From assembly GCA_041671645.1 (NCBI GenBank), contig JBAZBD010000001.1, positions 21,561 to 85,560 on the forward strand: a stretch of DNA of 64,000 bases. Direction: 5' to 3'. How positions within the stretch are numbered: position 1 is the first letter of the stretch; every line of letters begins with the position of its first letter. The notes under the pieces are model-generated. The model worked only from the letters and a program-made list of their open reading frames with translations, searched no databases and was not told where the DNA came from. The position numbers were made by a program, and so were the translations under genes. Source of the stretch: Patescibacteria group bacterium. Its GTDB lineage: Bacteria > Patescibacteriota > UBA1384 > XYA2-FULL-43-10 > 1-14-0-10-43-13. Positions 18,120-26,264 of the stretch are shown here, piece by piece.

Positions 18120-18377
18120 TTATTCTTTGATATCGAGTATCTCGTTCAAAATATCTTTGGCCTGTTTTTCCTTCTCGATTTGTTTGACTTCGTTGTCAGA
18201 AATCGTCAGCACCACTATCTTGCCTTCGACGATCTCTTTTGATAATAACTTCTTGGGCAGGATTAACTCTTCGTCATTTTCATCAAGAAGGACTGCCTTG
18301 TCGCCCTCGAATCTGTCTAGAGAATATTCGTGTTCAGTTGTGTTTTTTTCTTTTCTTATCATATTAAACACAAACAT
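18120..18377 (-). CDS. DUF3006-like small protein
   Basis: 85 aa. The pattern YSLDRFEGDKAVLLDENDEELILPKKLL matches the DUF3006 pattern (IDRIEGD.AVL...) as I recall it. The start overlaps the upstream stop (TAATG). Confidence 0.55.
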   Translation of the reverse strand: MFVFNMIRKEKNTTEHEYSLDRFEGDKAVLLDENDEELILPKKLLSKEIVEGKIVVLTISDNEVKQIEKEKQAKDILNEILDIKE

Positions 18378-18880
18378 TATTTTTCAAAAACACCATTTTT
18401 AGTAATTTCCTTGCCAACGGCCTGATAAGTCATTGAGTATGGAATGTCATAGCGATCAATCAATCCGAGAGCAATATCAACCAATGTTTTCTCGGAATCA
18501 CTTAACGCTGTATATCGATCGCTTAGTTTACATTTTTCAACAGCGCTGAGACCAGGGGCATCTTCTTTATGTGCTGATGAGCCGAACGAAGTAATAAATC
18601 GGAGTGAGTTTTCGGCTCTTAACTCGCCGAAGAGCCCTGCCGCGATAGAAGCAGCCACTTGCGCGTCTGTCCGATCCGAAGTTGGATTATCGCTATTTTC
18701 TCTAATCGTCTTGAAAAGAAGATTCTGGCCTCCATCATAATTTTCTGGGATCTCTTGCGAAGGCGCATCGGCGTCAGGCAGGACCACGGAACCACTGATT
18801 TTCGGGTCCTTCATGCCTGCATGAAGATCGTCTCCATCTCCAATGTCTACTCCAGGAACATCTGTTTCTGAGTCAACCAT
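18377..18880 (-). CDS. Hypothetical acidic protein (167 aa), no family recognised
   Basis: GGAGG lies 4 nt upstream of the ATG (cGGAGGctctATG), 17 nt after the hppA stop. No signal peptide or TM segment. The N-terminal third is D/E/P-rich. Confidence 0.5.
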   Translation of the reverse strand: MVDSETDVPGVDIGDGDDLHAGMKDPKISGSVVLPDADAPSQEIPENYDGGQNLLFKTIRENSDNPTSDRTDAQVAASIAAGLFGELRAENSLRFITSFGSSAHKEDAPGLSAVEKCKLSDRYTALSDSEKTLVDIALGLIDRYDIPYSMTYQAVGKEITKNGVFEK

Positions 18881-18897
18881 AGAGCCTCCGATTTTAG

Positions 18898-21012
18898 CTA
18901 TTTAGCCTTTTTAGCGGTCATCCTTGGGGCGAAGATCATCCAGGCGGCAACGCCGAGGACGAGAGCACCGACAATGATGATTTTGACCATGTTGGTCAAT
19001 TCATATTTGACCAGAGTGCCGGCGATAAGCATAGCGATAATATTTACGACTTTGATCACAGGGTTGATGGCCGGGCCAGCAGTATCCTTGTATGGATCGC
19101 CAACGGTATCGCCAGTGACAGCAGCAGCGTGTGCAATTGAACCTTTGCCACCAAAGTTTCCGTCTTCAATGTATTTCTTCGAGTTGTCCCAAGCGCCACC
19201 GCCAGAAGTCATCGAGATAGCGATGAAGAGTCCTGTGATGATGGTACCGATCAGGAATCCGCCAAGAGCGACAGGACCCAAAAGGAAACCAACCAAAATA
19301 GGTGCGGCTACCGTAATTACGGCTGGCAAAATCATCTCGCGAATAGCGGCTTTGGTCACAATATCGACTGCGCGACCGTAATCAGGTTTGGCTTTGCCCT
19401 CCATGATCCCCTTGATCTCGCGGAATTGTCTTCGAACTTCTTCGACGACAGCGCCAGCAGCCTTACCGACCGCCTGCATGGCGAGAGAGCCGAAGTAATA
19501 TGGAAGTAATCCACCAATAATCAAGCCAACCAGAACATACGGATCTTTGAGGTCGAAGGCGATGACTTTGCCACCAGCAGACAATTTCTCAGTATAATCA
19601 GCGAATAGTACCATAGCGGCCAATCCGGCAGAAGCGATAGCATAACCTTTGGTCACGGCTTTGGTCGTGTTGCCGACAGAGTCAAGCTCGTCAGTGTGGA
19701 CACGAACATCTGATGGCAATTCGGCCATTTCAGCAATTCCACCAGCGTTGTCTACGACTGGGCCAAAAGCGTCGATAGCAACGATAATACCGGCCATCGA
19801 GAGCATGGACATGGCAGCGATTGCGATACCGTAGATACCAGCAAGAGAGTAAGCGCCTAGAATTGCGGCAGCGATCACGAGGACTGGAGCGGCAGTAGAA
19901 CGCATTGAGACAGCCAGACCGGTGATAATATTGGTACCATGACCGGTGACTGAGCTCTCAGCAATTGACTGGACTGGGTTGAAAGATTTGGAAGTGAAAT
20001 ACTCAGTGATCAAACACATTGCGGCAGTGACGCCGAGACCGATCAGAGAAGTGTAATAAATGCTCATGACCGAATATTGACCGTTGTCTTTCATCATCCA
20101 GGCGGTGATGAAGTAGAATGCAACTGCGGCCAAGAGGCCAGCGACAGCTAGACCGATATAGAGAGTGCCCATGACATTCTTGGATTTCTTTGGCAATCTG
20201 ACAAACCAGCTACCGACGATCGAAGTTACGATCGAAGCGGCGCCAAGCATGAGCGGATATAGAATAGCGTTACCGAAACTAGCGAAGAAAAGGTGGCCAA
20301 GCAACATTGCGGCAACTGCAGTGACAGAATAGGTTTCAAATAAGTCAGCTGCCATACCAGCACAGTCGCCGACGTTATCACCAACATTGTCAGCGATCAC
20401 AGCAGGATTGCGTGGATCATCTTCTGGAATTCCAGCTTCGACTTTGCCGACCAAATCAGCTCCCACGTCAGCAGCCTTGGTGAAGATACCGCCGCCGAGA
20501 CGAGCGAAGATTGAGATCAATGATCCACCAAATCCGAGGCCGATCAGAGCTTCGAGATCATGGAAAATTGCGTAAAATCCAGCAACAGCCAAGAGACCAA
20601 GGCCGACGACGAGCAAACCAGTCACAGTGCCGGACTTGAAAGCAACGTCCATACCAGCGGCCAGGCCCTTGCGTGAAGCTTCAGCTGTGCGGACATTGCC
20701 GCGAACTGAAACATTCATGCCGATATAGCCAGCCAGTGCTGAGAAGACTGCGCCGACCATAAAGCCGAGAGCGATTTTCCAGCCGAGTGCGTAGAGCAAA
20801 ATTACAAATAAGACAGCGGCGACCATGCCGACAGTTGAGTATTGGCGATTCAAGAAGGCCATAGCACCAGTCTCGATCGCCTTGGCGATGTCGACCATCT
20901 TCTTGTTGCCTGGGTCTTTCTTGTTGACCGATAAGGCCAAGAAAAGACCGTAAATAATTGAGATGCCTGCAGCGCAGAGCGCGATCGTGAACGCAATTGT
21001 CTCCATACTCAT
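18898..21012 (-). CDS. hppA: Membrane-bound proton/sodium-translocating pyrophosphatase
   Basis: Classic M-PPase motifs ([56 protein letters not shown]; [13 protein letters not shown]; [14 protein letters not shown]). The start is placed at MSMETIAF (21012, GGGAG upstream) rather than the ORF-track 21075. Confidence 0.93.
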   Translation of the reverse strand: MSMETIAFTIALCAAGISIIYGLFLALSVNKKDPGNKKMVDIAKAIETGAMAFLNRQYSTVGMVAAVLFVILLYALGWKIALGFMVGAVFSALAGYIGMNVSVRGNVRTAEASRKGLAAGMDVAFKSGTVTGLLVVGLGLLAVAGFYAIFHDLEALIGLGFGGSLISIFARLGGGIFTKAADVGADLVGKVEAGIPEDDPRNPAVIADNVGDNVGDCAGMAADLFETYSVTAVAAMLLGHLFFASFGNAILYPLMLGAASIVTSIVGSWFVRLPKKSKNVMGTLYIGLAVAGLLAAVAFYFITAWMMKDNGQYSVMSIYYTSLIGLGVTAAMCLITEYFTSKSFNPVQSIAESSVTGHGTNIITGLAVSMRSTAAPVLVIAAAILGAYSLAGIYGIAIAAMSMLSMAGIIVAIDAFGPVVDNAGGIAEMAELPSDVRVHTDELDSVGNTTKAVTKGYAIASAGLAAMVLFADYTEKLSAGGKVIAFDLKDPYVLVGLIIGGLLPYYFGSLAMQAVGKAAGAVVEEVRRQFREIKGIMEGKAKPDYGRAVDIVTKAAIREMILPAVITVAAPILVGFLLGPVALGGFLIGTIITGLFIAISMTSGGGAWDNSKKYIEDGNFGGKGSIAHAAAVTGDTVGDPYKDTAGPAINPVIKVVNIIAMLIAGTLVKYELTNMVKIIIVGALVLGVAAWMIFAPRMTAKKAK

Positions 21013-21053
21013 AAGACTCCCACAGTTAGTTTTATATAAGGTTATTCCTGTGT

Positions 21054-21082
21054 AATTTAACACAAGGGGGTCCAAAGTTCAA
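21054..21082 (-). promoter_or_regulatory. Candidate hppA promoter (TTGAAC-17-TAAATT)
   Basis: Minus-strand TTGAAC (21082-21077), a 17-nt spacer and TAAATT (21059-21054), about 40 nt upstream of the ATG. Pattern match only. Confidence 0.3.
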
Positions 21083-21203
21083 TAACTGACGCCCCGAGAA
21101 GGAAATGGCGCCCTTAACGGCGTGAATAAAAGCGTTTCCTATCGCCTGAGCCCCATAAGACAGTCAGACCCCGATAATCGACCTCAAAGCTCTGATAAGG
21201 CTG

Positions 21204-21217
21204 AATTGAGCTCAATT
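21204..21217. promoter_or_regulatory. Perfect 14-bp palindrome AATTGAGCTCAATT, candidate operator
   Basis: Exact palindrome 15 nt upstream of the -35 box of the lipoprotein promoter, in the divergent hppA/lipoprotein control region. Confidence 0.3.
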
Positions 21218-21232
21218 TACTCTCCATACCAT

Positions 21233-21261
21233 TGACAAAGTAGCAGTATATGTGCTATAAT
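21233..21261 (+). promoter_or_regulatory. Consensus sigma70 promoter (TTGACA-17-TATAAT) for lipoprotein gene
   Basis: TTGACA at 21233-21238, an exact 17-nt spacer and TATAAT at 21256-21261, about 95 nt upstream of the ATG at 21356. Confidence 0.6.
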
Positions 21262-21355
21262 AACTAGTTACGCTGGTAAATCTTACATGCCGGCTGACTG
21301 CAAATTGACAACGAGGCAACGTGCCTCAATATATTCTGAAAAGGAGGACGCGAAC

Positions 21356-22498
21356 ATGCGTTCAATCGTTCTGGCCACTCTGGCCCTTTTTGCCGCTCTG
21401 CTAATGAGTGGCTGTAATGGAAATTCTTCCATATCGACCCCAATCAAAAATAACCTCAGCATCACTGTTGAGCGTTACGACGGTGCTGCGTGGCAGACCG
21501 TCGAAGTTGGAGAGAGTGTTTTTGAGAGCGACGAGCTCTCATTTGACGTATTAGCCCCCGCAATCAAACGCGGTGGGGTGGATATTGTCTGGTCAGTTAA
21601 GAAGGCTGGTTTCGAAATCACCGGAAACGGTGGAAAATCGTGGAAGTTGATGGCCGGTGATTACATCATCTCGGCTCAACTTGCCATCTCCGGTAGCCCT
21701 GTATTGCTTCGAGAGTTGACCGTTAAAGCTGGCTCCAGACCAATCCCGCCAGCGCCACTTGCTTGGAATCCAGTCTTACGAGGCTACACCCCGTATAGTT
21801 CCGCAAACAGCGTCTCAACACAGGCAAGTAGCTACACGCTACAACGTAGCGGTGACAAATTCTTGGCCAAAGTCGGCCAAAAATTGACAGTTGAGATTGA
21901 TCGAACGGATCACCGCGGTGGACCTGGCGACGGTACAGTAGACCCCACCGCACCTCTATATAAAGAGGTAAAGGTGGTCGTCGTCAACAACATCGGCGCG
22001 GAAGTCCCCACAACCTATGAAGACTACTACTGGGGCTATAACGGCCTCCTCCCCGTCTTTACAGTAAAGGAGAGTGGCGACTTCACAGCAAAAGTTAGCA
22101 TTGTCCTTAGCGACAATACGCAAAAGGATTTTAGTCTCCAATTACGTGTCGAAGACGTGGTTGTAGACCAGCCGATGACCGTCGCCATCAAATGGCATTA
22201 CTATGACGGCACGCTTAAAACGCTTACCCTAACCAATAACACATTGTATGTGCTGCCTGGCAATCGCTACGATATTAAAGCGTCGAAACCAGGCTGGGAA
22301 GGTGCTCAGCAAGAAATCGTGATCTTTAATGAGATCACCCAGGTCTCCCCGCCGTTGATGGTAGGGAACGACTTTATTGAAGGACTTATGTCCGGAACAG
22401 GCGAAGGCACCGTTCGGGTGACCTTAAGCAAGGATGGACAATCAGTCCACACCGACTTCCACGTGGAAGTCATAGAGGGGCTAGGAATGGTCCGATAA
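21356..22498 (+). CDS. Hypothetical lipoprotein (beta-rich, Ig-like repeats likely)
   Basis: AAGGAGG RBS 7 nt before the ATG at 21356. Signal peptide with a lipobox-like LLMSGC. No recognised catalytic motif. The ORF-track start at 21287 lies upstream of the RBS. Confidence 0.65.
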   Translation: MRSIVLATLALFAALLMSGCNGNSSISTPIKNNLSITVERYDGAAWQTVEVGESVFESDELSFDVLAPAIKRGGVDIVWSVKKAGFEITGNGGKSWKLMAGDYIISAQLAISGSPVLLRELTVKAGSRPIPPAPLAWNPVLRGYTPYSSANSVSTQASSYTLQRSGDKFLAKVGQKLTVEIDRTDHRGGPGDGTVDPTAPLYKEVKVVVVNNIGAEVPTTYEDYYWGYNGLLPVFTVKESGDFTAKVSIVLSDNTQKDFSLQLRVEDVVVDQPMTVAIKWHYYDGTLKTLTLTNNTLYVLPGNRYDIKASKPGWEGAQQEIVIFNEITQVSPPLMVGNDFIEGLMSGTGEGTVRVTLSKDGQSVHTDFHVEVIEGLGMVR

Positions 22499-22570
22499 TA
22501 TTTTTTAGAAACTCCCTCTGGGGAGCTTAGGACAGCCCATCTGGGCTTGTCCAATGTACTTTAAACCGTT

Positions 22571-22596
22571 GCGCCCCGATAATTTTATCGGGGCGC
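22571..22596. terminator. Bidirectional GC-rich hairpin terminator
   Basis: gcgccccgata-attt-tatcggggcgc forms a perfect 11-bp stem between the convergent lipoprotein (+) and GT4 (-) genes. Confidence 0.7.
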
Positions 22597-22620
22597 TTCT
22601 GCGTTTTAAGAGGACTTTAT

Positions 22621-23820
22621 TTATTTTAGAGCACTTTTATAGACGTCGAGAGTTTTCTCTGCCGTGTCGGACCAATTGTATTTGGCCGCTTGTTTCAGGC
22701 CTTTGGTTGAGAGCTCTCCCCTGAGCTTCTCGCCGGTGGAGACTCGTGCCATCGCCTTGGCCATATCTTCGATATCGTATGGATCGAAATACAGTGGAGC
22801 ATCGCCTAGAATTTCTGGCATACAGGAAACGTTGGATGAGAGTACTGGCGTGCCGCAAGCCATAGCTTGGAGCGGAGGGAGGCCGAAACCTTCATAGAGC
22901 GAAGGAATGATATAAGCCATCGCGCCAGCGAAACCAATCACCTGCTCCTCGGACTTCTCTGGCAAGAAACCAGTAGTAATAATGGAATTTGGAATTTGGA
23001 ATTTGGAATTTAGGTATTCTCGGACTCTTTTAATTTCTTCCATTACCTCTGGCTCTGCAGGATCGGGTTTGCCCATTAGGACTAGTTGAACAAAATTACT
23101 AGATTCCCGGGTCATGGCTTCGCCTGCCCGAGAATGACAATCAACGACAAACTTCTCATAGGCCTGGATTAGGCGTACGAGATTTTTGTGTTTTTTCCAC
23201 ATTCCGGCATAGAGAAAATAATCGCCGGTGATGCCAAATTTCTCCTTAAAATCTTTGACCTTCGAGGTCTGACCTTTGACCGATTCGTTATATTTCAAAT
23301 CGAAACCGAGATGAGTGACCGCTATCTTCTCTGGTTTGACGCTGAATCTTTTGACAATGTCCTGTTTGGTTGTTTCTGAGACAGAAATTATCTTGGCTGA
23401 GTCTCGAGCCGCTGATTGCATTACCTTCTTGAAGGCGAATTGCTTGATCGGATTAGCTTGGAAGAATTCGGTGAATTGGGTCAAGTCATGGATCGTGACG
23501 ACATAATTGCCCCGATACATGACCGGGTGATTGAACTGGGTAAAGTGCACGAGATCATACTTTTTATGATTCAGAAAAGTTAGGAGTTTGGTCTGCTCCG
23601 CCATGGAATAATGGGGGACGTCCAGAATCTTGGTTTGAAAGTTAGATGATTTTCCGAATGTTGGGTAGGCCTTCAATTTCTCTAGGCCCTGCGGACGGAT
23701 TAATAGTGTATACTCATTTTCCTTATCCAATTCCAAGACTCGGCTCAAAATCTCAAGGGTGTAGATAGTAAGTGAAGAGCCTATACCAATAAATCTGCCG
23801 TCAATTAGAATTTTTTTCAT
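22621..23820 (-). CDS. Glycosyltransferase family 4 (GT-B, GT1-type domain)
   Basis: C-terminal EX7E region (PSLYEGFGLPPLQAMACGTPVLSSNVSCMPEILGDA). The start overlaps the upstream Wzy_C gene by 20 nt. Contains the 7-nt tandem repeat at 22984-23011. Confidence 0.8.
   Translation of the reverse strand: MKKILIDGRFIGIGSSLTIYTLEILSRVLELDKENEYTLLIRPQGLEKLKAYPTFGKSSNFQTKILDVPHYSMAEQTKLLTFLNHKKYDLVHFTQFNHPVMYRGNYVVTIHDLTQFTEFFQANPIKQFAFKKVMQSAARDSAKIISVSETTKQDIVKRFSVKPEKIAVTHLGFDLKYNESVKGQTSKVKDFKEKFGITGDYFLYAGMWKKHKNLVRLIQAYEKFVVDCHSRAGEAMTRESSNFVQLVLMGKPDPAEPEVMEEIKRVREYLNSKFQIPNSIITTGFLPEKSEEQVIGFAGAMAYIIPSLYEGFGLPPLQAMACGTPVLSSNVSCMPEILGDAPLYFDPYDIEDMAKAMARVSTGEKLRGELSTKGLKQAAKYNWSDTAEKTLDVYKSALK
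22984..23011. repeat. Tandem heptanucleotide repeat (GGAATTT)x4 inside GT4 coding sequence
   Basis: Four perfect head-to-tail copies (22984-90, 22991-97, 22998-23004, 23005-11), encoding ..LNSKFQIPNSI.. on the minus strand. The unit length is not a multiple of 3. Confidence 0.9.
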
Positions 23821-25048
23821 CTGTTTCCTTTTTTACATTGGCCAAAGCGACTCCGATCAGGATAAACAAAGAGTAGCTCAAAGCTGGATTATCTGCAAAA
23901 GTATGAAGAAATATGGCGGTGATCGACACGGCCAACAGTGAGAAGAAAAGTCCCAGCTCTTTGGCACGAATAAGGGCAGTAGAGACGAGGTAAGAGATAT
24001 AGAGCCAAAGAGCCAAGCCGATGGCACCAATCTCAAGCAAAAGTTGGATATACCAAGATTCGGAAATTATACCTCCGTATTTGATGGCAATTGGCCCAGC
24101 TGTGCCAAGTCCATTGCCAAAGATCAAAATCGCCGGCTCTGCTAGCCTGTGCGTCACTTCATCAATTGAACTCTGGAGAGCGAAATTGTGGCCGGCCTGT
24201 GATTGGCCATGAGTCATGAATTGCGAGACCGTGGCGTTCGGCCAGAACCAGAGAGCCACAGCCAACGCCACGACAGCGAGACCGATAATTGAAATTATTT
24301 TCTTGACCCTCAAATTTGACTTGATGAAGATGAAGACAAAGAGTGAAACTATCAGCCCTATCAGCGCCGCTCGAGAAAAGGAGAGGAAGACGCCTAGGAA
24401 TAATACGATCGCCAACGAGATCGATAATTTCTTGGCACTGCCCTTGAAAATATTGTTGATGCAGATGAAGAAAGCCGGCAAAAGGTATGAGCCGAGCTGG
24501 ATCGCGCCAAGCAAGAAGGAGGCGCTCCGCTGCAAATCCATGTCGAAGCTGACTAGGAATGAGCCATATCCGTTCTCGACCCCGGGGATGATTATTCGCC
24601 AATAGTCAGCAGGGAGAAACCTCTCCAGTATCGCCCAAATCGCCACGGCCAGAGCGGTGCCAAGATAAACCTTGGTCATTTTTTTGATGTCAATAAGATC
24701 GCCCAGATTGGATAGTCCAAAGAGTAAAACGAGTGGCATGAGGGTAAATCGGAATCCCTCAATCCCCTGGCCCCAGCTTGGTGAGAAGAAAAAGATAGAG
24801 AAAGCGCCAAGGATAAGAATCGCCAGAATCGGCAATTGCCTATACAAATTAGCTTTTGCCTTGGGGAGGATCGAAAAGCGGACAAGCGCGATAAGAGCAA
24901 TTATCAAAATGATTGGCTCATAGAAATGAAGTGCCCAGAAGGAGACCCCGGAATCAATATTAATTGAGTCAAAATAAAAAGAGAGTAACTGCTGGAAGGG
25001 CAAGAGGATGATTAGAAAAGCAAGAAAAATATTAAGAGCTTTTTTCAT
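23801..25048 (-). CDS. O-antigen ligase/polymerase-like membrane protein (Wzy_C family), paralogue 1
   Basis: About 12 TM segments, an SRAALIGL loop motif and the distal WYIQLLLEIGAIG motif. Start set at MKKALNIFL (25048), overlapping the upstream stop by 17 nt. Confidence 0.7.
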   Translation of the reverse strand: MKKALNIFLAFLIILLPFQQLLSFYFDSINIDSGVSFWALHFYEPIILIIALIALVRFSILPKAKANLYRQLPILAILILGAFSIFFFSPSWGQGIEGFRFTLMPLVLLFGLSNLGDLIDIKKMTKVYLGTALAVAIWAILERFLPADYWRIIIPGVENGYGSFLVSFDMDLQRSASFLLGAIQLGSYLLPAFFICINNIFKGSAKKLSISLAIVLFLGVFLSFSRAALIGLIVSLFVFIFIKSNLRVKKIISIIGLAVVALAVALWFWPNATVSQFMTHGQSQAGHNFALQSSIDEVTHRLAEPAILIFGNGLGTAGPIAIKYGGIISESWYIQLLLEIGAIGLALWLYISYLVSTALIRAKELGLFFSLLAVSITAIFLHTFADNPALSYSLFILIGVALANVKKETDEKNSN

Positions 25049-26264
25049 TGTTTTGGCTTCCCTTCCCAAGCAAAAATGCTGAGGCGAAAACGAGCCAGAA
25101 GATGACCGAGAGATCGTTCTTGAAATAGGTCGTGTCAAATAAGCCATGGATCAGGATCGCGGACATAGCGGCGGCCACAAAATATTTGGTATTGCCGACC
25201 GATGCCCTCCAGGTATTTACGAAGAAGCTGATGATGAGGCCGAAAAGTGCAATGATGCCAACTAATCCCAAATTGAGCCAGAAAGCGAGGAAGAGATTGT
25301 GCGGGTGAATTGCGTATGGGAGGCCAAACTGTGTGAAGCTGGGATTGTTGAGGGCCACGACCGCCACCTTGTCCTGGAAGTCCCCCATGCCAATGCCAAA
25401 CAAATAATCTGAATTGATCAGTTGAAAACTGTAGCGATAAATTTCGGTACGCACAGTCTGAGTTGTCAGCAAACTGTCCGCAATTTGTGTCAGGAAGAAA
25501 ATTGCTATTGCAGATATGACGCCAAGGGCCGTCCACTTCAGAAACTTTCCTCTAATGAAGCTAAACGAGACAACCACAAGGCCAGAGAACAAAGCAATCA
25601 GCCCTCCGCTGGATTTACTCAAGACAAGCGCAGTTATTGCGATGAGGATTGAAACTATTTGAACGAAAAGAAGAAAATTGAATTTTCTCCAATTGACAGA
25701 GACAGCGGCGAGAAGCAGGACAGGAACGATGAACATCGTCAGATAATTTGGCGATTCGAAAGGACCAAAGAATCTTTGCTCACTAATATATTGGGCGAAA
25801 GAAGAATCGGTGCTTTGATAAAGCATCGGCGCAATCAGCCCTAGTCTTTGCAAGATAGCCCAGAGAGAAATCAGGAAGAGTGGGACGAAGAGAAGACGCA
25901 ATGATTTGATGAAGCCTTCACGGTCCTGGCCGAAGAGATTGATGATAGAGAGATAAAACATTATAGGGATTACAATCCAGCCCTTGGCGATTCCGAGAGA
26001 GACAGTGCTTGTTCCGTTGGCGATTAAGCTCAAGACAGCGGCAAAAACTACCAGATAAGCCCAGGGAGAGCCCCAGTTCCAGCTCTTCTTCTGTGATAAT
26101 TTCAAAATCAAAACCAAGAAGAAGAAAATGAGAATCAAAAGTTCAAGCGGATTGGTCCTGATCGAGCCGATCAAGGTAAAGCGAAAAATATAGGCCGGCA
26201 AAAAAATTAGTACAAGAGAATAGGCAGCAAAGGAAAACGACCTCAAATTTAATTTATTTTTCAT
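25032..26264 (-). CDS. O-antigen ligase/polymerase-like membrane protein (Wzy_C family), paralogue 2
   Basis: Polytopic protein with SKSSGGLIAL and IHPHNLFLAFWLNLGLVG motifs typical of Wzy_C proteins. 11-nt overlap with the upstream gene. Confidence 0.7.
   Translation of the reverse strand: MKNKLNLRSFSFAAYSLVLIFLPAYIFRFTLIGSIRTNPLELLILIFFFLVLILKLSQKKSWNWGSPWAYLVVFAAVLSLIANGTSTVSLGIAKGWIVIPIMFYLSIINLFGQDREGFIKSLRLLFVPLFLISLWAILQRLGLIAPMLYQSTDSSFAQYISEQRFFGPFESPNYLTMFIVPVLLLAAVSVNWRKFNFLLFVQIVSILIAITALVLSKSSGGLIALFSGLVVVSFSFIRGKFLKWTALGVISAIAIFFLTQIADSLLTTQTVRTEIYRYSFQLINSDYLFGIGMGDFQDKVAVVALNNPSFTQFGLPYAIHPHNLFLAFWLNLGLVGIIALFGLIISFFVNTWRASVGNTKYFVAAAMSAILIHGLFDTTYFKNDLSVIFWLVFASAFLLGKGSQNNEKSS

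Noticed and set aside
21287-21355. ORF-track N-terminal extensions upstream of true starts: lipoprotein 21287, hppA 21075, Wzy_C 25147, metK 40039, pseF 51567, pseH 53134, DUF218 54008, pseC 57074 and GT4 45515.
   Set aside because: In each case an internal Met is preceded by an SD-like motif and/or begins the conserved family N-terminus or signal peptide. The extension overlaps the upstream gene or promoter.
21356-22498. The lipoprotein gene and the 71-aa ORF (3245-3460) as horizontally acquired high-GC islands.
   Set aside because: Hand counts on sample lines (about 55-60% GC) are only slightly above neighbouring core genes such as hppA, recA and ftsK (about 47-52%). That is not enough to claim atypical composition without computation.
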